DNA of 64,000 nt from Candidatus Oxydemutator sp. (GTDB lineage Bacteria > Pseudomonadota > Gammaproteobacteria > Poriferisulfidales > Oxydemutatoraceae): NCBI GenBank assembly GCA_965203445.1, contig OZ241883.1:1088001-1152000 (forward strand). The letters are read 5' to 3'. The notes beneath the pieces are model-generated. The model saw only the letters and a program-made list of their open reading frames with translations, was not told the origin of the DNA and made no database searches. The position numbers and the translations under genes were made by a program. This document shows positions 12,201-24,200 of this stretch, in pieces. The number at the start of each line of letters is the position of its first letter. The stretch's first letter is position 1.

Positions 12201-15200
12201 CGTCGTCGGCTACGTGGTGACGTTGAGCGGCGCCGCGCCGGGCGCGGACGTGGACGTGGCGTGGGGGGTCGCGGGTATCGGTGTCAATCCGGCGTCGTCG
12301 GAGGATTTCGTGGCAGTGTCGGGCACGGTGAGGTTCACGCCGTCGGATGCGTCGGGCAGCACGAGGGGTTTTGTGGTCGGGATAGCCGAGGACACGCTGA
12401 ACGAGGGAGACGAGAGATACGCGGTAAGGCTTACGATGCCGGACGCGGACTCGGCGGTGTCGGGGATGCCGGAGTTGACGATAACGGACGATGTTGCTGA
12501 TCGCCTGGAGCTTTCGATCAGTCGCATAGACGCCGGCGACTTGTCGGAGGGTGCGGTGGACGCGGCGGATCGTCGCGCCGAGTTTCGGGTGCAGGTGGGG
12601 GCCTCGACGGCCACGGCGGCGGTTACGTTTTCGTTGACGGTTACTGGAAGCGGGGTTACGTCCGGGGACTACGGCGGTGTGGTGGATGGCGCGCCGCTTG
12701 TGATTCGTGCGCCGAGCACGCGCATGGTGGTGGTGTTGGAGGCGTTGGACGACAACTTGAACGAGGGGGACGAGGAGTTGATAGTGGGTTTGGACGCCGG
12801 GGTGCGCAGCGCGGGTGCTGCGGGTCTGGTATCGGACGCGCGGATGACGACGGCCACGGCGACGATCAGTCGCAACGATGCGACGCTGGTGTCGGTGTCG
12901 GGGGTGGCGAGCGTCGGCGTGTCCGAGGGCAGCAGCGCGGTGTTTGCGTTGAGTCTGTCGGGCGGCGAGGCGACGTTGCCGGTGCTGGTTGAATGGCGTG
13001 TTACGACGGGGGCGTCGGTCGGCGAGGCGTCGGACGAGGACTTTGAGCGAACGTCTGGGGTCTCGGAGTTTGCGGTGGGGACGACGACGGTTCGGGTGTA
13101 TGTTGCGATACGCAGCGACGGTCTGGCCGAGGGGGTCGAGACGTATGATTTGAGGTTGTCGCGTGCGCGCGGCGGTGGCGGCGGCGGTGCGTCGGTGGAT
13201 GCGGCGTCCGGGTCGGCGACGGGGACGATACTTGCGAACGATCCGCTCGCGGTGTCGCTTTCGGTGCTGCCCGCGAACATACCGTCCGACGGTCTTCGAG
13301 AAGCCGAATATGCCGTTGTTCCTCCGGCGTTTCGGATAGGCCTGCTGGATGCCTTCGGGACGCCGACGCGGGCGCCGTCGCCGGTGGCGATCACCTACAG
13401 GCTGTCGGGTGCGGCCGCGGGCGGAACGGCTACCGAGGCGAGGCGGGATTACACGTGGCCCGTGGGTTACAGCGCGGCGTCGGCGTCCGGCGTGGCGCGG
13501 ATCACAGGCGCCGCCAGTTCGGCGCGGGTCGTGGTAGTCGTAGTGGACGATATGTTGAACGAGTCGAGTGAGAGGGTCGGCATCGAATTGCTCGAAGTTG
13601 CGACGGGCGGTGCGCTGGTGTCGTGGCCGCCGCCGACGACGGGCACGGGTTTCACGATCCTGGACGATGATGCGATTGGCTACGGGGTGGTCGTTGATCG
13701 CGCGCGCGTATCCGAAGCGGCGTCGTCGCGGGCGACGTTCACGTTGGAGTTGAGGAGCGCTTTGAACCGGCCGCTGGCGTCGGCGGGCGACGTCGAGGTG
13801 CCCTATACGCTGACGGGTTCGGCGGCGTATGGGGAGGACTACCGCGTTGGTTTGTCGTCGTCTGGGATGATCCGTTTGGCGGCGGGGTCGACGAGCGCGT
13901 CGTTCGAGGTGGTGGTTTTGGATGACGCCAGCAACGAGGGTAGCGAGACGATCACGGTGTCGTTGGGTGAGCCGCCGGTGGTGAGCACGGGCGCGGGGGT
14001 GGTTACGCGCAGCGCGACGCAGTTCATGGCGACGGTAGTGATAGAGCGCAGCGATGCGGTTACGTATTCGGTGGCGTCGCTGGTGTCGCGCGTGCGCGAG
14101 GGCGAGGACGCGGAGTTTGTGGTGGGATTGGAGGGCGGTGTGGCGGGTGCGCCGATAACGCTGACGTATGCGGTGTCTAGCAGCGATCCGAATCCGGGCG
14201 GTGCGGCGGACTTCGTGGGCGCGGCGACGGGCGAGGTGGCGATAGCGGCAGGTGTTAGCAGCGCGTCGCTGGCGATCCGTGTGGCGCAGGACGCGCGCGC
14301 GGAGTCCGCCGAGACGCTGACGGTGCGCTTGACGGGTGTCGCGGTCGGCGCCGGCGGCGGCGTCGTGGTCGCGGGCGTCACGTCGGCAAGCGTCGAGGTG
14401 TCGGCGAACGCGGCGACGTTGCGCACGTTCAGGGTTACCACGCGCACCGAGGTTGCGAGCGTCGGGGAGGGAGCCGTCGTCGGCTACGTGGTGACGTTGA
14501 GCGGCGCCGCGCCGGGCGCGGACGTGGACGTGGCGTGGGGGGTTGCGGGTATCGGTGTCAATCCGGCGTCGTCGGAAGATTTCGTGGCGGTGTCGGGCAC
14601 GGTGAGGTTCACGCCGTCGGATGCGTCGGGCAGCACGAGGGGTTTCGTGGTCGGGATAGCCGAGGACACGCTGAACGAGGGAGACGAGAGATACGCGGTA
14701 AGGCTTACGATGCCGGACGCGGACTCGGCGGTGTCGGGGATGCCGGAGTTGACGATAACGGACGACGTTGCTGATCGCCTGGAGCTTTCGATCAGTCGCA
14801 TAGACGCCGGCGATTTGTCGGAGGGTGCGGTGGACGCGGCGGATCGTCGCGCCGAGTTTCGGGTGCAGGTGGGGGCCTCGACGGCCACGGCGGCGGTTAC
14901 GTTTTCGTTGACGGTTACTGGAAGCGGGGTTACGTCCGGGGACTACGGCGGTGTGGTGGATGGCGCGCCGCTTACGATCCGTGCGCCGAGCACGCGCATG
15001 GTGGTGGTGTTGGAGGCGTTGGACGACAACTTGAACGAGGGGGACGAGGAGTTGATAGTGGGTTTGGACGCCGGGGTGCGCAGCGCGGGTGCTGCGGGTC
15101 TGGTATCGGACGCGCGGATGACGACGGCCACGGCGACGATCAGCCGCAACGATGCGACGCTGGTGTCGGTGTCGGGGGTGGCGAGCGTCGGCGTGTCCGA

Positions 15201-18200
15201 GGGCAGCAGCGCGGTGTTTGCGTTGAGTCTGTCGGGCGGCGAGGCGACGTTGCCGGTGCTGGTTGAATGGCGTGTTACGACGGGGGCGTCGGTCGGCGAG
15301 GCGTCGGACGAGGACTTTGAGCGAACGTCTGGGGTTTCGGAGTTTGCGGTGGGGACGACGACGGTTCGGGTGTATGTTGCGATACGCAGCGACGGTCTGG
15401 CCGAGGGGGTCGAGACGTATGATTTGAGGTTGTCGCGTGCGCGCGGCGGCGGTGGCGGCGGTGCGTCGGTGGATGCGGCGTCCGGGTCGGCGACGGGGAC
15501 GATACTTGCGAACGATCCGCTCACGGTGTCGCTTTCGGTGCTGCCCGCGAACATACCGTCCGACGGTCTTCGAGAGACCGAATATGCCGGTGTTCCTCCG
15601 GCGTTTCGGATAGGCCTGCTGGATGCCTTCGGGACGCCGTCGCGGGCGCCGTCGCCGGTGGCGATTACCTACAGGCTGTCGGGGGCGGCCGCGGGCGGAA
15701 CGGCTACCGAGGCGAGGCGGGATTACACGTGGCCCGTGGGTTACAGCGCGGCGTCGGCGTCCGGGGTGGCGCGTATCACAGGCGCCGCCAGTTCGGCGCG
15801 GGTCGTGGTAGTCGTAGTGGACGATGTGTTGAACGAGTCGAGCGAGAGGGTCGGCATCGAATTGCTCGAAGTTGCGACGGGCGGTGCGCTGGTGTCGTGG
15901 CCGCCGCCGACGACGGGCACGGGTTTCACGATCCTGGACGATGATGCGATTGGCTACGGGGTGGTCGTTGATCGCGCGCGCGTATCTGAAGCGTCGTCGT
16001 CGCGGGCGACGTTCACGTTGGAGTTGAGGGGCGCTTTGAACCGGCCGCTGGCGTCGGCGGGCGACGTCGAGGTGCCCTATACGCTGACGGGTTCGGCGGC
16101 GTATGGGGAGGACTACCGCGTTGGTTTGTCGTCGTCTGGGATGATCCGTTTGGCGGCGGGGTCGACGAGCGCGTCGTTCGAGGTGGTGGTTTTGGATGAC
16201 GCCAGCAACGAGGGTAGCGAGACGATCACGGTGTCGTTGGGTGAGCCGCCGGTGGTGAGCACGGGCGCGGGGGTGGTTACGCGCAGCGCGACGCAGTTCA
16301 TGGCGACGGTAGTGATAGAGCGCAGCGATGCGGTTACGTATTCGGTGGCGTCGCTGGTGTCGCGCGTGCGCGAGGGCGAGGACGCGGAGTTTGTGGTGGG
16401 ATTGGAGGGCGGTGTGGCGGGTGCGCCGATAACGCTGACGTATGCGGTGTCTAGCAGCGATCCGAATCCGGGCGGTGCGGCGGACTTCGTGGGCGCGGCG
16501 ACGGGCGAGGTGGCGATAGCGGCGGGCGTTAGCAGCGCGTCGCTGGCGATCCGTGTGGCGCAGGACGCGCGCGCGGAGTCCGCCGAGACGCTGACGGTGC
16601 GCTTGACGGGTGTCGCGGTCGGCGCCGGCGGCGGCGTCGTGGTCGCGGGGGTCACGTCGGCAAGCGTCGAGGTGTCGGCGAACGCGGCGACGTTGCGCAC
16701 GTTCAGGGTTACCACGCGCACCGAGGTTGCGAGCGTCGGGGAGGGCGCCGTCGTCGGCTACGTGGTGACGTTGAGCGGCGCCGCGCCGGGCGCGGACGTG
16801 GACGTGGCGTGGGGGGTTGCGGGTATCGGTGTCAATCCGGCGTCGTCGGAAGATTTCATGGCGGTGTCGGGCACGGTGAGGTTCACGCCGTCGGATGCGT
16901 CGGGCAGCACGAGGGGTTTTGTGGTCGGGATAGCCGAGGACACGCTGAACGAGGGAGACGAGAGATACGCGGTAAGGCTTACGATGCCGGACGCGGACTC
17001 GGCGGTGTCGGGGATGCCGGAGTTGACGATAACGGACGACGTTGCTGATCGCCTGGAGCTTTCGATCAGTCGCATAGACGCCGGCGATTTGTCGGAGGGT
17101 GCGGTGGACGCGGCGGATCGTCGCGCCGAGTTTCGGGTGCAGGTGGGGGCCTCGACGGCCACGGCGGCGGTTACGTTTTCGTTGACGGTTACTGGAAGCG
17201 GGGTTACGTCCGGGGACTACGGCGGTGTGGTGGATGGCGCGCCGCTTGTGATCCGTGCGCCGAGCACGCGCATGGTGGTGGTGTTGGAGGCGTTGGACGA
17301 CAACTTGAACGAGGGGGACGAGGAGTTGATAGTGGGTTTGGACGCCGGGGTGCGCAGCGCGGGTGCTGCGGGTCTGGTATCGGACGCGCGGATGACGACG
17401 GCCACGGCGACGATCAGCCGCAACGATGCGACGCTGGTGTCGGTGTCGGGGGTGGCGAGCGTCGGCGTGTCCGAGGGCAGCAGCGCGGTGTTTGCGTTGA
17501 GTCTGTCGGGCGGCGAGGCGACGTTGCCGGTGCTGGTTGAATGGCGTGTTACGACGGGGGCGTCGGTCGGCGAGGCGTCGGACGAGGACTTTGAGCGAAC
17601 GTCTGGGGTCTCGGAGTTTGCGGTGGGGACGACGACGGTTCGGGTGTATGTTGCGATACGCAGCGACGGTCTGGCCGAGGGGGTCGAGACGTATGATTTG
17701 AGGTTGTCGCGTGCGCGCGGCGGTGGCGGCGGCGGTGCGTCGGTGGATGCGGCGTCCGGGTCGGCGACGGGGACGATACTTGCGAACGATCCGCTCACGG
17801 TGTCGCTTTCGGTGCTGCCCGCGAACATACCGTCCGACGGTCTTCGAGAGACCGAATATGCCGTTGTTCCTCCGGCGTTTCGGATAGGCCTGCTGGATGC
17901 CTTCGGGACGCCGACGCGGGCGCCGTCGCCGGTGGCGATCACCTACAGGCTGTCGGGTGCGGCCGCGGGCGGAACGGCTACCGAGGCGAGGCGGGATTAC
18001 ACGTGGCCCGTGGGTTACAGCGCGGCGTCGGCGTCCGGCGTGGCGCGTATCACAGGCGCCGCCAGTTCGGCGCGGGTCGTGGTAGTCGTAGTGGACGATA
18101 TGTTGAACGAGTCGAGTGAGAGGGTCGGCATCGAATTGCTCGAAGTTGCGACGGGCGGTGCGCTGGTGTCGTGGCCGCCGCCGACGACGGGCACGGGTTT

Positions 18201-21200
18201 CACGATCCTGGACGATGATGCGATTGGCTACGGGGTGGTCGTTGATCGCGCGCGCGTATCCGAAGCGGCGTCGTCGCGGGCGACGTTCACGTTGGAGTTG
18301 AGGAGCGCTTTGAACCGGCCGCTGGCGTCGGCGGGCGACGTCGAGGTGCCCTATACGCTGACGGGTTCGGCGGCGTATGGGGAGGACTACCGCGTTGGTT
18401 TGTCGTCGTCTGGGATGATCCGTTTGGCGGCGGGGTCGACGAGCGCGTCGTTCGAGGTGGTGGTTTTGGATGACGCCAGCAACGAGGGTAGCGAGACGAT
18501 CACGGTGTCGTTGGGCGAACCGCCGATTATCGGCGTGGGTGCGGGGATAGTCTCGCGCAGCGCGACGCAGTTCATGGCGACGGTAGTGATAGAGCGCAGC
18601 GATGCGGTTACGTATTCGGTGGCGTCGCTGGTGTCGCGCGTGCGCGAGGGCGAGGACGCGGAGTTTGTGGTGGGATTGGAGGGCGGTGTGGCGGGTGCGC
18701 CGATAACGCTGACGTATGCGGTGTCTAGCAGCGATCCGAATCCGGGCGGTGCGGCGGACTTCGTGGGCGCGGCGACGGGCGAGGTGGCGATAGCGGCGGG
18801 TGTTAGCAGCGCGTCGCTGGCGATCCGTGTGGCGCAGGACGCGCGCGCGGAGTCCACCGAGACGCTGACGGTGCGCTTGACGGGTGTCGCGGTCGGCGCC
18901 GGCGGCGGCGTCGTGGTCGCGGGCGTCACGTCGGCAAGCGTCGAGGTGTCGGCGAACGCGGCGACGTTGCGCACGTTCAGGGTTACCACGCGCACCGAGG
19001 TTGCGAGCGTCGGGGAGGGAGCCGTCGTCGGCTACGTGGTGACGTTGAGCGGCGCCGCGCCGGGCGCGGACGTGGACGTGGCGTGGGGGGTCGCGGGTAT
19101 CGGTGTCAATCCGGCGTCGTCGGAAGATTTCGTGGCGGTGTCGGGCACGGTGAGGTTCACGCCGATGGATGCGTCGGGCAGCACGAGGGGTTTCGTGGTC
19201 GGGATAGCCGAGGACACGCTGAACGAGGGAGACGAGAGATACGCGGTAAGGCTTACGATGCCGGACGCGGACTCGGCGGTGTCGGGGATGCCGGAGTTGA
19301 CGATAACGGACGACGTTGCTGATCGCCTGGAGCTTTCGATCAGTCGCATAGACGCCGGCGATTTGTCGGAGGGTGCGGTGGACGCGGCGGATCGTCGCGC
19401 CGAGTTTCGGGTGCAGGTGGGGGCCTCGACGGCCACGGCGGCGGTTACGTTTTCGTTGACGGTTACTGGAAGCGGGGTTACGTCCGGGGACTACGGCGGT
19501 GTGGTGGATGGCGCGCCGCTTACGATCCGTGCGCCGAGCACGCGCATGGTGGTGGTGTTGGAGGCGTTGGACGACAACTTGAACGAGGGGGACGAGGAGT
19601 TGATAGTGGGTTTGGACGCCGGGGTGCGCAGCGCGGGTGCTGCGGGTCTGGTATCGGACGCGCGGATGACGACGGCCACGGCGACGATCAGCCGCAACGA
19701 TGCGACGCTGGTGTCGGTGTCGGGGGTGGCGAGCGTCGGCGTGTCCGAGGGCAGCAGCGCGGTGTTTGCGTTGAGTCTGTCGGGCGGCGAGGCGACGTTG
19801 CCGGTGCTGGTTGAATGGCGTGTTACGACGGGGGCGTCGGTCGGCGAGGCGTCGGACGAGGACTTTGAGCGAACGTCTGGGGTCTCGGAGTTTGCGGTGG
19901 GGACGACGACGGTTCGGGTGTATGTTGCGATACGCAGCGACGGTCTGGCCGAGGGGGTCGAGACGTATGATTTGAGGTTGTCGCGTGCGCGCGGCGGTGG
20001 CGGCGGCGGTGCGTCGGTGGATGCGGCGTCCGGGTCGGCGACGGGGACGATACTTGCGAACGATCCGCTCACGGTGTCGCTTTCGGTGCTGCCCGCGAAC
20101 ATACCGTCCGACGGTCTTCGAGAGACCGAATATGCCGTTGTTCCTCCGGCGTTTCGGATAGGCCTGCTGGATGCCTTCGGGACGCCGACGCGGGCGCCGT
20201 CGCCGGTGGCGATCACCTACAGGCTGTCGGGTGCGGCCGCGGGCGGAACGGCTACCGAGGCGAGGCGGGATTACACGTGGCCCGTGGGTTACAGCGCGGC
20301 GTCGGCGTCCGGCGTGGCGCGTATCACAGGCGCCGCCAGTTCGGCGCGGGTCGTGGTAGTCGTAGTGGACGATATGTTGAACGAGTCGAGCGAGGGGGTC
20401 GGCATCGAATTGCTCGGAGTTGCGACGGGCGGTGCGCTGGTGTCGTGGCCGCCGACGACGACGGGCACGGGTTTCACGATCCTGGACGATGATGCGATTG
20501 GCTACGGGGTGGTCGTTGATCGCGCGCGCGTATCCGAAGCGGCGTCGTCGCGGGCGACGTTCACGTTGGAGTTGAGGAGTGCTTTGAACCGGCCGCTGGC
20601 GTCGGCGGGCGACGTCGAGGTGCCCTATACGCTGACGGGTTCGGCGACGTATGGGGAGGACTACCGCGCCGGGTTGTCGTCGTCTGGGATGATCCGTTTG
20701 GCGGCGGGGTCGACGAGCGCGTCGTTCGAGGTGGCGGTTTTGGATGACGCCAGCAACGAGGATAGCGAGACGATCACGGTGTCGTTGGGCGAACCGCCGA
20801 TTATCGGCATCGGTGCGGGGATAGTCTCGCGCAGCGCGACGCAGTTCATGGCGACGGTAGTGATAGAGCGCAGCGATGCGGTTACGTATTCGGTGGCGTC
20901 GCTGGTGTCGCGCGTGCGCGAGGGCGAGGACGCGGAGTTTGTGGTGGGATTGGAGGGCGGTGTGGCGGGTGCGCCGATAACGCTGACGTATGCGGTGTCT
21001 AGCAGCGATCCGAATCCGGGCGGTGCGGCGGACTTCGTGGGCGCGGCGACGGGCGAGGTGGCGATAGCGGCGGGCGTTAGCAGCGCGTCGCTGGCGATCC
21101 GTGTGGCGCAGGACGCGCGTGCGGAGTCCGCCGAGACGCTGACGGTGCGCTTGACGGGTGTCGTGGTCGGCGCCGGCGGCGGCGTCGTGGTCGCGGGGGT

Positions 21201-24200
21201 CACGTCGGCAAGCGTCGAGGTGTCGGCGAACGCGGCGACGTTGCGCACGTTCAGGGTTACCACGCGCACCGAGGTTGCGAGCGTCGGGGAGGGAGCCGTC
21301 GTCGGCTACGTGGTGACGTTGAGCGGCGCCGCGCCGGGCGCGGACGTGGACGTGGCGTGGGGGGTCGCGGGTATCGGTGTCAATCCGGCGTCGTCGGAGG
21401 ATTTCGTGGCAGTGTCGGGCACGGTGAGGTTCACGCCGTCGGATGCGTCGGGCAGCACGAGGGGTTTTGTGGTCGGGATAGCCGAGGACACGCTGAACGA
21501 GGGAGACGAGAGATACGCGGTAAGGCTTACGATGCCGGACGCGGACTCGGCGGTGTCGGGGATGCCGGAGTTGACGATAACGGACGATGTTGCTGATCGC
21601 CTGGAGCTTTCGATCAGTCGCATAGACGCCGGCGACTTGTCGGAGGGTGCGGTGGACGCGGCGGATCGTCGCGCCGAGTTTCGGGTGCAGGTGGGGGCCT
21701 CGACGGCCACGGCGGCGGTTACGTTTTCGTTGACGGTTACTGGAAGCGGGGTTACGTCCGGGGACTACGGCGGTGTGGTGGATGGCGCGCCGCTTGTGAT
21801 TCGTGCGCCGAGCACGCGCATGGTGGTGGTGTTGGAGGCGTTGGACGACAACTTGAACGAGGGGGACGAGGAGTTGATAGTGGGTTTGGACGCCGGGGTG
21901 CGCAGCGCGGGTGCTGCGGGTCTGGTATCGGACGCGCGGATGACGACGGCCACGGCGACGATCAGCCGCAACGATGCGACGCTGGTGTCGGTGGAGGGCA
22001 CGGCGCAGAGCGTCGGCGTGTCCGAGGGCAGCAGCGCGGTGTTTGTGTTGAGTCTGTCGGGCGGCGAGGCGACGTTGCCGGTGCTGGTTGAATGGCGTGT
22101 TACGACGGGGGCGTCGGTCGGCGAGGCGTCGGACGAGGACTTTGAGCGAACGTCTGGGGTCTCGGAGTTTGCGGTGGGGACGACGACGGTTCGGGTGTAT
22201 GTTGCGATACGCAGCGACGGTTTGGCCGAGGGGGTCGAGACGTATGATTTGAGGTTGTCGCGTGCGCGCGGCGGCGGTGGCGGGGGTGCGTCGGTGGATG
22301 CGGCGTCCGGGTCGGCGACGGGGACGATACTTGCGAACGATCCGCTCACGGTGTCGCTTTCGGCCCCGTCCAGGCGGGTGGAGGAAGGTGCGACGGCGGT
22401 ATTCCAGGTGCGACTGACCAATGCCCGGAACGTGCCGACGCGAGCGCCGCTGCCGGTTACGGTTGAGTACGCGCTGTCGGGAGCGGCAATGGGCGGGGCC
22501 GCGGGCGACGTGGCGCGCGATTATGATTACCCGTCGGGCTATGGTGCCACCACCGGCACCGGAACGGTGACCATCAGCACCGGTACCACCGACGCCGCAA
22601 TCGCGTTGACGGTCGCAAACGACGGGCGCAACGAAGCCGACGAAGACATAGAGATCACTTTGCTCAGGCTGGTCGCCGGTTCCGACGTCGCCGGCTTGGC
22701 CACGATCGTCAGCGCGGTGGTTACAGTTGCCGACGCCGATCCGATAGTGGCCGCCGTCGCCGCGCGCGAGTCGCGGAAGAACGAAGGCGAGGACTTTCTG
22801 TTCACGGTGACCTTGTCCGGTGGTTCGCGTGAGGCCCCGGTTACGGTTCCGTACCGGATAATGGGCATCGGTGCCGATCCGGCGGAGGCCACCGATTGGA
22901 GAGACCGTAGCGGCGGCGGTATCGAGATCGCCGCCACCGCCACGACCGGGCTTATCATCGTCCGGGCGCTGATAGACGATGAAGGGGAGGGTGCCGAGGG
23001 CCTCCGCGTAACGCTGAGCACGCCGACGGGCGTGGGTGTCGTCGGCGTCGCGCGGGTTGATGGCGCAAGGGCTTCGGCGACCGTCGAAATCAATCCGAGT
23101 ATGCAGATCAATCTGTCGTTTGCTCTCGCGGGGCCGGCCGACGCCGCCGAGGGGACGACCGCGACCTACCGCGTCGTATTCACCGGCAACGGCGGACGCA
23201 GCGCGCCGCCGACCACGTTCACGGTAACGGTAACGGCCGTCACCGCCCAGGGCGCCGACTTTGTCGGCGCCGGCGTCGCGACCGTCGCCGACGTTGTTTT
23301 TTCGGGCGAAGCCACCGGAGCCGCGAAGAGTTTTGGCGTGGCGCTCCTTGACGACGACCTCTCCGAAGGCACGGAGACCTACCGCGTGGTTATCGCCCCC
23401 GTCGGCGGCGCCCCCGTGATTACCAACGACACGGTCGAGACCGCGATCGCGGCGAGCGATCCGTTGCAGGTCGAGTTGGTGCCGCCCGGCGTGGCGCTGA
23501 GAGACGAGGGCGCCGCCGGCGCCACGACGCGGGTGTCGTTTGGCGTGAGCCTGACGCCGTCCCCGAACGTGCCGGACGGCGACGTGGTGATACGTTACGC
23601 GCTAAGCGGCGACGCCGGCGCCGCCGACTACGGCGACGACACCGGCGGCAGCGTGACCGTCGCCACGGGCGAGACGACGACGCAAATCCGAATAACCATC
23701 GTCGGCGACGACGCGTACGAGCCGGACGAGGAGTTGGTAGTCGCGCTACAAAGCGTGCAGGGCGCCAACGTGAGCCTTTCGGCGTCGAGCCGCGCGAGCG
23801 TTACCATAGTCAACGACGACCCGTTGCCGGTAGTTTCGTTCGCGCTGGAAGGCCCGCGCCGAGCCGCCGAGAACACGACGGCGACCTACGTGGTTACGTT
23901 CACCGACAGCGCAGGTCGGAGCGCGCCTTCGACGAACGTCGCTATCGGGGTGCTCGCCGGCGCCGGCGTCGAAGGCGCCGATTTTGACGGCGGCGTGCTG
24001 CCGTCGCGGACGCTCGCGTTCGACGGCGAGGCGTCCGGCAGCACCAAGAGTTTCTTCGTCAAGATCATAGATGACTCGTTGTCGGAGACCACCGAGAGTT
24101 ACGTTGTGCGCATCAGCGACGCGGCGGTCGGCGCGAGCGCTACCGTAGCCACGGCGATAGCCCGTAGCAATCCGTTGACGACGGTGTTAAGGCGCACCGC

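Noticed and set aside
9270-22421. Periodic minus-strand ORFs inside the adhesin
   Set aside because: They mirror the tandem repeat units of the plus-strand gene.
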